Below the pieces are notes generated by a model that had not been told where the DNA came from, searched no databases, and worked only from the letters and a program-made list of their open reading frames with translations. From Chryseobacterium gleum (GTDB lineage Bacteria > Bacteroidota > Bacteroidia > Flavobacteriales_C > GCA-002722245): DNA of 53,544 nt. The translations under genes and the position numbers were made by a program. Where the stretch lies: contig CAMBXP010000005.1 of NCBI GenBank assembly GCA_945871895.1, positions 1-53,544 of the forward strand, read 5' to 3'. Shown here piece after piece: positions 8,221 through 17,894 of this stretch (positions are counted from its first letter, which is position 1; every line of letters begins with the position of its first letter).

Positions 8221-9399
8221 CTAATGCGCATGACCTTCATCTTCACTATTTAGCATTTTCGACAACAAATCGTAAGCGCCATTGATAACAATATCGGCAG
8301 ATATTGAAACATCTTTTGGCAGCATCAACTCGGTAAATCCATTTTCACTCACTCCCACCGCGATTTCAGTCATTTTAAATGCAAATTCATCTTTGTGTTC
8401 GCTATTCATTTTAACAAAAACGTAATTTTTTCCTGCATTTTGTACAATGGCTTTTTCGGGTAAAGAGAGCGTTTTGTTTTCGCCCACTTCAATATTGGCT
8501 TTGATGTACATGCCAGGCAATAATTCTGCGTCTTCTTTATCTAAATGACCATGAATGCGTACCGTTCTATCACTGCTTATTTCTCTCCCAATTAAATGCA
8601 CTTTAGCGCCACGTTCATTTCCACTTTCGTTGGGTAAAGAGAAACGAATAGTTTGTCCTACTTTAATCTTCGCAATATCTTTTTCATACACCGTTAATTC
8701 TGCGTGCAAATGTTCGGTATCTACAATCTCAAAAGCAACATCATTTGGATTAAGATATTTACCAATATTTACATTCACTTTGGTAACATAACCACTGATA
8801 GGCGAGGTAATACTTATAGTATTGGTAATATTTCCCTTTTCCATTTGTGCCGCTGAAATGCCCAACTGCTCCAACTTTTTTTCCAAGCCAAGCACTTGTG
8901 CTTTTTGCGATAAATAATCTGCTTTTACTTTCTGAAAACTCTTTTGAGAAGTTACCTGTTCTTTGTTTAAATCTGCTTGTCTCTGGAATTCTATTTCACT
9001 AAAATCTAAAGCTGATTTTGCCTGAATATATTCTTGCTGCAACTGCACATAATCGGGATGTTCGAAAACAGCAATTACTTGTCCTTTTGCTACTTTCATG
9101 CCTTGCAACAATTCTGTACTTTTTAAATTTCCTCCAATAGGCAAAGAAATAGAAATTAGGTTTTGAGGAGGAACATCTAGCACGCCATTGCAAGCAATCA
9201 CATTTGATAAATTGCGTAATTCTGCCTTGCCTGTTTTTATATCGGCACTTTTGTATTGTGCTGCGTTGAGCTCTACCGTTTGCGCACTATGATGATGTTC
9301 TTCGGCAACCGTTGTTGTTTCGTTTGCGCAAGAATTTAATAAAATAGCACTGCTTAAAAAAGCGATAATTTTTAGCGTTGAAGAAGGTATATTTTTCAT
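8221..9399 (-). CDS. Heavy-metal RND efflux periplasmic adaptor, CzcB-like lipoprotein
   Basis: Lipobox-like LNSC, EEHHHS and C-terminal GHAH His patches; MFP motifs SPISGYV and LLPGMYIKANI. Confidence 0.9.
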   Translation of the reverse strand: MKNIPSSTLKIIAFLSSAILLNSCANETTTVAEEHHHSAQTVELNAAQYKSADIKTGKAELRNLSNVIACNGVLDVPPQNLISISLPIGGNLKSTELLQGMKVAKGQVIAVFEHPDYVQLQQEYIQAKSALDFSEIEFQRQADLNKEQVTSQKSFQKVKADYLSQKAQVLGLEKKLEQLGISAAQMEKGNITNTISITSPISGYVTKVNVNIGKYLNPNDVAFEIVDTEHLHAELTVYEKDIAKIKVGQTIRFSLPNESGNERGAKVHLIGREISSDRTVRIHGHLDKEDAELLPGMYIKANIEVGENKTLSLPEKAIVQNAGKNYVFVKMNSEHKDEFAFKMTEIAVGVSENGFTELMLPKDVSISADIVINGAYDLLSKMLNSEDEGHAH

Positions 9400-9410
9400 G
9401 GATATTTGTT

Positions 9411-12400
9411 TTAAAGGGCAGCTGTAATAAATTGTATTTTGTAAACCGATTGATTGTATTGATGAAGTGTGCGCAAATAAGAACTTTTAATTTGCAACAC
9501 CTGCATTAAGTTTTGTGAATGCTCGAAATAACCAATCTCTCCGGCATTAAACGCCTTTTGCGATTGTGTAGCAATTAGGGTGCTTTGCGGTAGTTGACTC
9601 TGCTCAAAAAACGCAACTGAATTTTTTAATTTCATATACTCTTGAATCAATTCTCTGTATTGCCCCTGCACATCATTTTGTTTTGCTTCTAAATTGGTTT
9701 TGGCAATTTCTTCGCTAATTTTTGCAGCACTTGTTTTAGCTTTCTGCGGAATAAACCACAAAGGAATACTTAGTCCGATTTGCACACCTTGAAACCTATT
9801 CGCTGAAGTAGCAAAACCATTTTCTGTAGGATTTCCTATCAATGTTTGATTGAAATAACCCAAAGTGATATCGGGCAACATTTTATTCATTTCTACCTTC
9901 TTTGCTGCTTCAGCAATTTCAATTTGCTGTTCAAAATATTTCACCATTGGATTATTAACATAAGCACTATCGCCATTGAGTGCTAATTCCATTTTTTTGT
10001 AATCATTTTTCGGTATAGAAAAAGGAGTTGGGCAATTCACCAAGGTGCGCAAATGCGTGAAATAAATTTGAATGTCACTTTTGTTTTGAAATAAAATATT
10101 TCTCACTTCTTGCAATCTGCTCTCTGCACTCATTTTTTCCAATAAAGTTCCTTCACCTTTTTCGAATCGAAGTGCTGCAACCCTTGCAAATTCTACGAAT
10201 GAAGAGTCTTGTTGAAGCAGTAAATCTCCATACGCTTGCAAAAACTGCACTTGAGTATACAGCGATTTAATACTGAACAACAACTCATTTTTAGTGATGG
10301 CGGCATTCCATTCACTTCCTTTAATTTGCGCATTGTGGTAAGCTGCATTAGATAAAAATAAAGTTGGAAAAGGAAGTGTTTGACTCACCATAAAATTATT
10401 GTCGGTGCGTATGTAGCTATTGTATTGACCATACAACATCGTTACATCTGTTTTACCCATATCTGTAGACGTTTGCTTTAACTTTTGCTGTAATTCCACA
10501 TCTTGCATTTTCGCCCGCAAAGAAGGATTATTGTTAATTGCTTCTTGCATGCACTGCTCTACAGAGTAAACTGGAATATCTTGTGCAGAAGAAACATTGA
10601 AAGTCAATAACAACAAAACAATTGTTGCGAGGCTTGTATTGATTTTTTTGGTTCCAACACCTTTTTCAAAATAAATATAAAGCAAAGGCAAAACCACCAG
10701 AGTAAGCAGAGTTGCTGTAATCAATCCGCCTATTACTACCGTAGCTAAAGGCTTTTGCACTTCGGCACCGGCGCCACTCGATAATGCCATTGGCAGAAAA
10801 CCAAGTGATGCTACCATGGCAGTCATCAATACCGGACGCAAGCGTGATGCAGCGCCCTTCAACACCAATTCATTTAAATCACTCATACCTTCTTTTTTCA
10901 ATTCATTAAAGTGGGCAATCAATACAATACCGTTAAGCACGGCAACGCCAAAAAGAGCAATAAATCCTATACCCGCAGAAATACTAAAAGGCATTCCGCG
11001 CAAATAGAGAGCAAACACACCTCCTATGGCAGAAAGTGGAATAGCAGAAAAAATAAGCAAACTTTGCAGTGCCGATTTAAACGTAAAAAACAACAAAACG
11101 AAGATGAGTAACAAAGCAATAGGAAGCGCTATCGACAAGCGATCTTTAGCTTGTTGTAAGTTTTGAAACTGTCCGCCATAACTGATGAAATACCCAGCAG
11201 GCAAAACAATTTTCTTATTGATTTTTTGCTGTACTTCTTCTACAATACTTTCTACATCTCTTCCGCGCGTATTGAATCCAATCGTTAAACGACGTTTGGC
11301 TTCTTCGCGCTGAATTTGATTGGGTCCGTTTTTCAAACTCACCTCTGCCAATTGCGACAAAGGTATTTGAATACCATTCGTACCGCTCACAAACAATTGC
11401 CGAACATCTTGTAAACTCTTGCGGTGTGAAGAATCAAGTCGAACCACCAATTGAAATCTTTTCTCACCTTCATATACCATTCCAGCACTTTCGCCAGCAA
11501 AAGCAGTACGAATAGTCGTATTGATATCACTAATGTTCATGCCATATCGAGCGATATTATCACGATCGTATTCTATTACAATTTCAGGCAAGCCCTGCAT
11601 TTGTTCTACATAAATATCTTCTGCACCTTCCACTGTGTTCACCAGCTCATGCACTCTATCGGCGATCGCTGTTAACGAATCTAAATCTTCGCCAAATATT
11701 TTAAGCGACACATCTTGTTTTGCACCCGTCATCAATTCATTAAAACGCATTTGCACCGGCTGCTGAAAACTAAAACTTACACCTGGTAAAACCTCCAAAG
11801 CCTTCCCCATTTTTTCAGCCAATTCTTCACGTGTAGAAGCGCTCACCCAATCGTCTTTAGCTTTTAAAATAATCATTAAATCACAGGCTTCAACAGGCAT
11901 AGGATCGGTAGGAATTTCGCCCGAACCAATTTTAGCCACCACCTGCTCCACCTCTGGAAACTGTTGTTTTAAAATAACAGAAGCTTTCATAGAGGCATCC
12001 ACCGTATGCGATAAAGAACTACCAGTAAGTACTCTTGTTTCCACAGCAAAATCGCCTTCCTCCAGCGTTGGAATAAATTCTCCACCCATATTGAAGAAGA
12101 GAACGAGAGCGAGAACGAAGAGAGTGAGTGAAGAAGTTAAAACGAGTTTTTTTCTTTTTAAAGCACCGAGTAAAAAGGGAGTATAAATGCCTTGTAAGGA
12201 TAGCATCATTCTATCTGAAAAAGTGGGCGTATGATCTATTTTCTTACTTAAAAACAAAGAAGAAATCATGGGCACATAGGTGAGCGATAAAATAAAAGCG
12301 CCAATAATGGCAAAGGAAACCGTTTCGGCCATGGGCTTAAACATCTTACCTTCTATGCCTGATAATGCGAGAATAGGCAAGTAAACAATTAAAATAATGA

Positions 12401-13757
12401 TTTCACCAAAGGCGGCACTCTTCATAATTTTTGAAGCAGAAGATTTCACCTCATCATTCATATCGTTTTGAGAAAGTAAGCCTTGTCGGCGCATGCCCAA
12501 ATGATGCATGGTGGCCTCTACTATGATTACTGCGCCATCTACAATCAATCCGAAATCGAGTGCACCCAAACTCATTAAATTACCCGATACACCAAAAAGA
12601 TTCATCATAGAAATAGCAAACAACATCGCCAATGGAATAACGGAAGCTACAATCATACCTGCACGAAAATTCCCTAAAAACAGCACCAATACAAAAACAA
12701 CAATCAAAGCACCTTCCAATAAGTTGGTGCTTACGGTACCTATAGCATTATCAACCATTTTGGTTCTATCTAAAAATGGAACTAAGGCAATACCTTCGGG
12801 TAAAGTTTTTTTAATTTGTTCGATTCGCTCTTTTATATTGTCTATTACTTGGGAAGAATTGGCTCCTTTAAGCATCATCACCACAGCACCCACCGTTTCT
12901 CCTTTTCCATCGTTCGTTATAGCGCCATAACGCACTGCATGTCCAAACTGAATTTGTGCAACATCGCGCATCAAAACCGGAATTCCGTTATCATTTACCT
13001 TTACTGCAATTTTTGCGATATCATCTAAAGAACCTATCAATCCTTCACTTCTAATGAAGTAAGCAGTGGGTTTATTTTCGATATAAGCACCGCCAGTATT
13101 TTGATTGTTTTTTTCAAGCGCACTAAAAACATCTGTGATAGAAATATTCATACTGCGCAGTTTATCGGGCTGCAAAGCAATTTCATATTGCTTTAAATAT
13201 CCACCAAAACTGCTCACATCGGCAACACCTTCCACACCCAATAATTGTCGGCGCACTATCCAATCTTGTATAGTGCGCAAATCAGTGGCAGAATATTTTT
13301 TTTCATAGCCCTTCTCCGCTTGTAATGTGTATTGATATATTTCACCTAAACCAGTGGTAACAGGCGCCAATTCGGGCATTCCCGTCCCTGGTGGAATAAT
13401 ATCTTTCACACTTTGCAAGCGCTCTGAAATTTGTTGACGAGCCCAATACAAATCAACATCTTCTTTAAAAACAACAGTAACTACTGATAAGCCGAAACGA
13501 GAAAAAGAACGAACTTCTTCAATCTCAGGAACTGTAGCAACAGCCTGCTCAACAGGAAAAGTAACGAGGCGCTCCATTTCTTGTGCAGCCATTGCCGGAC
13601 TCACCGTAATTATCTGCGCTTGATTATTTGTAATATCTGGTACCGCATCGATAGGCAATTGCGTAAAAGAAAAAACTCCCCAAACAATTAAAGCCAATGT
13701 ACCCAAGCCCACTATGAGCTTATTTTGAATAGAAAATGCTATTATTTTATCTAGCAT
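9411..13757 (-). CDS. CzcA/CusA-family heavy-metal RND transporter fused to a C-terminal TolC-like domain
   Basis: LPIDAVPDITNNQ, NLMSLGALDFGLIVDGAVIIVE, GVAVLNG, RLRPVLMTA, GAEVQKPLATVVIGG; about 400 further residues with OEP features (LPDITLGY, GVQIGLSIPLW). Confidence 0.93.
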   Translation of the reverse strand: MLDKIIAFSIQNKLIVGLGTLALIVWGVFSFTQLPIDAVPDITNNQAQIITVSPAMAAQEMERLVTFPVEQAVATVPEIEEVRSFSRFGLSVVTVVFKEDVDLYWARQQISERLQSVKDIIPPGTGMPELAPVTTGLGEIYQYTLQAEKGYEKKYSATDLRTIQDWIVRRQLLGVEGVADVSSFGGYLKQYEIALQPDKLRSMNISITDVFSALEKNNQNTGGAYIENKPTAYFIRSEGLIGSLDDIAKIAVKVNDNGIPVLMRDVAQIQFGHAVRYGAITNDGKGETVGAVVMMLKGANSSQVIDNIKERIEQIKKTLPEGIALVPFLDRTKMVDNAIGTVSTNLLEGALIVVFVLVLFLGNFRAGMIVASVIPLAMLFAISMMNLFGVSGNLMSLGALDFGLIVDGAVIIVEATMHHLGMRRQGLLSQNDMNDEVKSSASKIMKSAAFGEIIILIVYLPILALSGIEGKMFKPMAETVSFAIIGAFILSLTYVPMISSLFLSKKIDHTPTFSDRMMLSLQGIYTPFLLGALKRKKLVLTSSLTLFVLALVLFFNMGGEFIPTLEEGDFAVETRVLTGSSLSHTVDASMKASVILKQQFPEVEQVVAKIGSGEIPTDPMPVEACDLMIILKAKDDWVSASTREELAEKMGKALEVLPGVSFSFQQPVQMRFNELMTGAKQDVSLKIFGEDLDSLTAIADRVHELVNTVEGAEDIYVEQMQGLPEIVIEYDRDNIARYGMNISDINTTIRTAFAGESAGMVYEGEKRFQLVVRLDSSHRKSLQDVRQLFVSGTNGIQIPLSQLAEVSLKNGPNQIQREEAKRRLTIGFNTRGRDVESIVEEVQQKINKKIVLPAGYFISYGGQFQNLQQAKDRLSIALPIALLLIFVLLFFTFKSALQSLLIFSAIPLSAIGGVFALYLRGMPFSISAGIGFIALFGVAVLNGIVLIAHFNELKKEGMSDLNELVLKGAASRLRPVLMTAMVASLGFLPMALSSGAGAEVQKPLATVVIGGLITATLLTLVVLPLLYIYFEKGVGTKKINTSLATIVLLLLTFNVSSAQDIPVYSVEQCMQEAINNNPSLRAKMQDVELQQKLKQTSTDMGKTDVTMLYGQYNSYIRTDNNFMVSQTLPFPTLFLSNAAYHNAQIKGSEWNAAITKNELLFSIKSLYTQVQFLQAYGDLLLQQDSSFVEFARVAALRFEKGEGTLLEKMSAESRLQEVRNILFQNKSDIQIYFTHLRTLVNCPTPFSIPKNDYKKMELALNGDSAYVNNPMVKYFEQQIEIAEAAKKVEMNKMLPDITLGYFNQTLIGNPTENGFATSANRFQGVQIGLSIPLWFIPQKAKTSAAKISEEIAKTNLEAKQNDVQGQYRELIQEYMKLKNSVAFFEQSQLPQSTLIATQSQKAFNAGEIGYFEHSQNLMQVLQIKSSYLRTLHQYNQSVYKIQFITAAL

Positions 13758-13803
13758 ACAACATGATTTTGTGATGATGAAAAAAAGAAAAATAAAAAAT
13801 AGA

Positions 13804-14184
13804 CTAAGCTATTTTAGGCGGTTGCCAGACACTTCCGTGGAAAGAAGAAACAGAACTTTTGTAAAATGATATCACTTTATTTTCTTGAAGAATAGATTTT
13901 TGAAAAACCATAATTATGGTATTGCTTAATATTAAAGTGTTCATTGGATTAATATGCTCTTTACCCTGAAAAGGAAGGCAGCCCTTGTCTTTGTGCGTAT
14001 CGTGATGTAAATTTTCTGCTCCGTTATAATGCTCTTTAATAAAATCAAGTAAAGAAATTTCTTTTGATTCTGAAGAATGTTCAATGTAATGTGCCAATAA
14101 ATGAGGAATCTTAAATAGCTCGTGCATCTCTGTTCCAGAGAATAAAAAAGAGAACAAAAATATAAAAGCTATCAATCTTCGCAT
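13804..14184 (-). CDS. Small exported His-rich protein ending in WQPPKIA, directly upstream of czcA (candidate leader/arrest peptide)
   Basis: 126 aa; N-terminal hydrophobic segment; 10 His plus Cys69; stop codon 46 nt upstream of the czcA ATG. Confidence 0.8.
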   Translation of the reverse strand: MRRLIAFIFLFSFLFSGTEMHELFKIPHLLAHYIEHSSESKEISLLDFIKEHYNGAENLHHDTHKDKGCLPFQGKEHINPMNTLILSNTIIMVFQKSILQENKVISFYKSSVSSFHGSVWQPPKIA

Positions 14185-14255
14185 GCATTGTAAATTTAAA
14201 AAAAATATAATTAGTTAAATGATTATCCGCAATTTTACCTTTAAACTTAATTGGG

Positions 14256-14372
14256 CCGCATGCCCATCCCTTCTCCAAAAGGATAGTTCCTTCGGGGTAC
14301 CTCAGGATGAAATACTAAGCCCATCCGCACTGTGGCTGTTACCCGTTAGTTGACGTGCCCCGCAGGAACTAT
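14256..14372. repeat. Composite REP-like palindromic element
   Basis: Inverted repeat ATAGTTCCTTCGGGGTAC (14283-14300) / GTGCCCCGCAGGAACTAT (14355-14372). CTTCGGGGTACCTC recurs at 24573-24586; 14256-14288 resembles the arms at 24768-24935. Confidence 0.65.
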
Positions 14373-14388
14373 TGACCTGCGCTTCAAA

Positions 14389-15243
14389 TCACTTAATTTC
14401 TCTCCTCCAAAAAGCATCTCCATCCATCGCTTTTCTTCCCAATATTTTTTCCATTCTGGAGTTATCTGCCACATTATCTGATGCCAACAAATAATATTGA
14501 TCGCGATTCATAAAGGGATTCTTGAATTTGGTAAGAAGCATGAAAACAGGATGCACCACCCATTTCGGTAAAGGGATGATTTTGTATTTCGATTTGGTGT
14601 AGGCTATCATATCTGCTAAAGTCATTTCTTTTGGTCCGGTTGCATATACAATTCCTTCATCGTTGGAAACCACCAATTTTACTATGGTTTCGGCCACATC
14701 TTCGCCCATCACGGGTTGAAACTTGGGTGTAATAAAATGCTTTGGAAGAAATAACAAGCCTAAGGTTGGTTTACCTAAACGCACTACCATATTCACTTTT
14801 TGAACGATGGCGGTGCCGGGAGTTAGCACAAAACTCGGACGAATAATCACCACATTTTTTTCTTTCAATAAAAGTTCATCTGCAACGCCTTTCGTTCGCG
14901 CATATTCTGCTTTGCTATTCACATCGGCGCCACAAACAGACACATGAATAATTCGCGGGTTACCTAACGAAGGGCGCTTTGCAATCATATCTTTCACCAA
15001 CTGAACATGCGCTCTTTCGAAAGTATTTTCGCCTTTTTCTTCAATAATTCCAACGATATTGATGAGCACATCCACCTTTCCTAAAGCAGTCCAATCGCTT
15101 TGAAAAACGTTAAATGCAATTTGATTTTTACCCTTGGCGCTGCGCGAGCAAGCAAGTACTTCATCATTTGAATAAGCAGAGATTAAATACTCTGTTACCA
15201 CTATACCAATTTGGCCGGTACCACCAAGAATTACGATTTTCAT
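14389..15243 (-). CDS. NAD(P)-dependent epimerase/atypical SDR (NDUFA9-like)
   Basis: ILGGTGQIG Rossmann motif, YARTK, IIRPSFV, FQPV. Confidence 0.85.
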   Translation of the reverse strand: MKIVILGGTGQIGIVVTEYLISAYSNDEVLACSRSAKGKNQIAFNVFQSDWTALGKVDVLINIVGIIEEKGENTFERAHVQLVKDMIAKRPSLGNPRIIHVSVCGADVNSKAEYARTKGVADELLLKEKNVVIIRPSFVLTPGTAIVQKVNMVVRLGKPTLGLLFLPKHFITPKFQPVMGEDVAETIVKLVVSNDEGIVYATGPKEMTLADMIAYTKSKYKIIPLPKWVVHPVFMLLTKFKNPFMNRDQYYLLASDNVADNSRMEKILGRKAMDGDAFWRREIK

Positions 15244-15956
15244 AGTTTGTAATTTATTTTATCCATTACTGATATTTCTGAACCTTCGGCAACGTAAACA
15301 GAACAAGGACTTTGATTATTTAGAAATAAAAAATCTTTTCCGTAGTTCACTTCAAAATTCACATCCACTAAAAAATCTCTTACTGGATATATTTCCCAAA
15401 CCGGATGCTTCACTTCGTACTCATAGGTTTTGCTTTCACTGACTTTTGTATAGCCATAGTAGTGTTCTAGAATAAAATGAGCCTCACTTCCATTTAGCAA
15501 ACCTTGCTTTGTGGGTTGTGTGGTTACAGAAATACTATTTTCAACTTCGGCATATTTCCACAAATATTTAATCTTCATTTTATCATTCAACTTTTCCAAT
15601 TGATGACTCATAGGCACTGCTTTGTAATGCTCCTTATAGAACAAATTAGCTACCAAAGCTAGAATTTTTTTGGGCACCAATTCTTTAATAAAAACTGCAC
15701 CTCTTCTCCATTCTCCGTTTACTTTTCTTTTCACATAAAACCGAAGATTCACTTCTTCAAAATCACTTAATCCAGGAAAACGAATACCTTTTACTTTAGT
15801 GTTTAAAAACATAAAACCAATCAAACTTACATAGCACTTCTCTTCAAACAAATCAAGCTCGGTACCAAAAGGAAGATATGGCCGCAAGATAGCAGAATCC
15901 ACTTCATAATTGATAACTAACAATTTACGCCATTCGGCTGTAAGGAAGGGTTTCAT
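15240..15956 (-). CDS. DUF2071 (YqjF-like) protein
   Basis: FLTAEWRKL, NYEVD, FEEVNLRFYV, FILEHYYGY, EYEVKHPVW. Confidence 0.85.
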   Translation of the reverse strand: MKPFLTAEWRKLLVINYEVDSAILRPYLPFGTELDLFEEKCYVSLIGFMFLNTKVKGIRFPGLSDFEEVNLRFYVKRKVNGEWRRGAVFIKELVPKKILALVANLFYKEHYKAVPMSHQLEKLNDKMKIKYLWKYAEVENSISVTTQPTKQGLLNGSEAHFILEHYYGYTKVSESKTYEYEVKHPVWEIYPVRDFLVDVNFEVNYGKDFLFLNNQSPCSVYVAEGSEISVMDKINYKL

Positions 15957-16750
15957 AAAATTTCAAAATAAAATGATAATCCTAAATAATAGATGAGAAA
16001 AACAATAGAAAATAAATAGTCATAATGAGCTAATCCCAAATATTGCATTCTTCGATAATATAAAAACCACGTGAAAAAAACTAAGCATGCGATATCCATA
16101 ATCGCTATATAATACGATGAATTTAAATCAACTAAACCAATTAAATAATTCATAGGCAATATCAACATCACAATTAATATCTGAATTAGCATAACAGTTG
16201 AAATATGCCCCACAACTTCCATTTTTTTATCTTTCGTAACAATCAAAATCGCAAGAAGAACTATTATTAAATTGGGAATCACAAAAATGTAAACCGACAA
16301 AAATCCACCACACAAACCCGCCACTAGGAAAGCCAAACCTATATACCCCAACCTATACCCCCAATGAAACTCAGGCTTACAATCATTCTCTACTTTACTA
16401 TAAACCGGCGCAATCATCTTTCTGTTGTAAGAAAAAATATGGTAGAAGAAATTTAGAATTTGATAGATAGGAGGAAATAAAAAAACATTGACCCACTTAC
16501 CCCATTTGTCTTCTACAAACCAAACCATTCCTTTTATTCCATAACGAGATTCTTTGGTTTCTTTGTCGTAAACAGCAATTTCATTGCAGTAGCGAACAGC
16601 ATCTAAATCGCAAGATACTTCAGCACTCATTGTTTGCAATTCATTCAACTCGCTGTCGCTTGCCATTCCTGCTTTTCCTGCCAAGAGGGCACCCGCTCTG
16701 CAAACTCTACAGCCGTTATCGAAGAATACTATTTTGCTGTTTGTTTTCAT
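15953..16750 (-). CDS. DCC1-like thiol-disulfide oxidoreductase (DUF393) with a C-terminal membrane domain
   Basis: MKTNSKIVFFDNGCRVC (DxxCxxC), FSYNRK, then several TM helices. Start 16750 gives an ATGA overlap with the upstream gene. Confidence 0.75.
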   Translation of the reverse strand: MKTNSKIVFFDNGCRVCRAGALLAGKAGMASDSELNELQTMSAEVSCDLDAVRYCNEIAVYDKETKESRYGIKGMVWFVEDKWGKWVNVFLFPPIYQILNFFYHIFSYNRKMIAPVYSKVENDCKPEFHWGYRLGYIGLAFLVAGLCGGFLSVYIFVIPNLIIVLLAILIVTKDKKMEVVGHISTVMLIQILIVMLILPMNYLIGLVDLNSSYYIAIMDIACLVFFTWFLYYRRMQYLGLAHYDYLFSIVFLIYYLGLSFYFEIL

Positions 16751-17148
16751 ATAAAATATATTGCAAAAAATACTGCAGTTAAATACATCCAAAACAAGGA
16801 GAATACGATGTGAACTATCGTTTCAAACATCTTACCTTTCCACAGATCTTTAGAATACCCAAAAAATTGAAAGAAAAGTCTGATCATCCAAAATACACCT
16901 AAACCCAATGAGATCTTTTTGCCAAATTCTGTATGCACCATTTCCGCAGATGAAACTAAACAAAGTAAACCCATCATAAAAACTGTAAGGGCAATAAAAA
17001 AGGTGTGAATCATCATCATTTCCCTATTGATTAGGCTTAGCGAACTCAACTCCTTTTTCCAATTAAAATACTTTGGAAATATGATATGTACGAGCGCTAA
17101 AGCCATCAACAAAATTCCAATTATTTTCAAATGTATTTCCATCATCAT
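16747..17148 (-). CDS. Conserved four-TM membrane protein of unknown function
   Basis: Hydrophobic 133 aa ORF with HIIFPKYFNW, HTFFI, FWMIRLFFQFF; ATGA overlaps on both sides. Confidence 0.8.
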   Translation of the reverse strand: MMMEIHLKIIGILLMALALVHIIFPKYFNWKKELSSLSLINREMMMIHTFFIALTVFMMGLLCLVSSAEMVHTEFGKKISLGLGVFWMIRLFFQFFGYSKDLWKGKMFETIVHIVFSLFWMYLTAVFFAIYFI

Positions 17149-17894
17149 TTACAATTAAAGATTGACATAAAAGGTGTAAACTTAATTTCGCCAATATCTT
17201 CAAAACCTGCACTAATTAAAGCTTTCTTCCAAGTTCCACTTGAAAAGAAGTGAGTAAATCCAATAGTAAAAGCTAAAAAATTAGGAAAGTCTCTTAAATG
17301 CTCCACAATAATTATGCTGCCTGTAGGTTTACAAACTCTCCGACATTCCTTTAAAAATTGAACTTTTTCCTCATTTGATCTAATTTCATGAATCGCAGAA
17401 ATCAAAAAAATATGATCAACACTGTTATCAGCCAGAGGAATTTTATTTGACACAATTTGCTGCGTATTAGGATAATTCATACTTACCTTTCTTGCGCGCA
17501 CAATAGCTGGTTCTGTGTGTTTTTTAGAATCATAAAAATCATAAACCTGCATATTAGATTGCGGTAAAATGCTTTCTATAATGAAACTAGTTTCATCAAA
17601 ACCTGCATTAATATTCAAATTAAATTGATTAGAACTATCCGGTAAATTCATTCTTCTAAGCCAATCGAATTCATAGAAACCCGAAAAATCATATACATAA
17701 GCTGATACTAAGAGCGGCATTGTTAAACCATACAAGAACAAAGCAATTATTACCCAAAATAATGGAAGAGACCAATCAACTAAAAAAAAGCTTGCAACAA
17801 GAAAAAATAAGGCAAGCAAACCCAACACATAAAAGTGTCGGTTAAAACTTAAAATATTAAGCACTCCCTGATATCTTATTCTGCCTATTTCCAT
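17145..17894 (-). CDS. Membrane-anchored class I SAM-dependent methyltransferase-like protein
   Basis: Two N-terminal TM helices; degenerate motif I (NINAGFD); IPLADNSVD, HEIR, LKECRRVCKPTG. Confidence 0.75.
   Translation of the reverse strand: MEIGRIRYQGVLNILSFNRHFYVLGLLALFFLVASFFLVDWSLPLFWVIIALFLYGLTMPLLVSAYVYDFSGFYEFDWLRRMNLPDSSNQFNLNINAGFDETSFIIESILPQSNMQVYDFYDSKKHTEPAIVRARKVSMNYPNTQQIVSNKIPLADNSVDHIFLISAIHEIRSNEEKVQFLKECRRVCKPTGSIIIVEHLRDFPNFLAFTIGFTHFFSSGTWKKALISAGFEDIGEIKFTPFMSIFNCK

Noticed and set aside
14330-14356. IscB omega-RNA-like or IS200/IS605 end (GTCAACTA on the minus strand)
   Set aside because: Only an 8-nt resemblance, and no iscB, tnpB or tnpA gene nearby.
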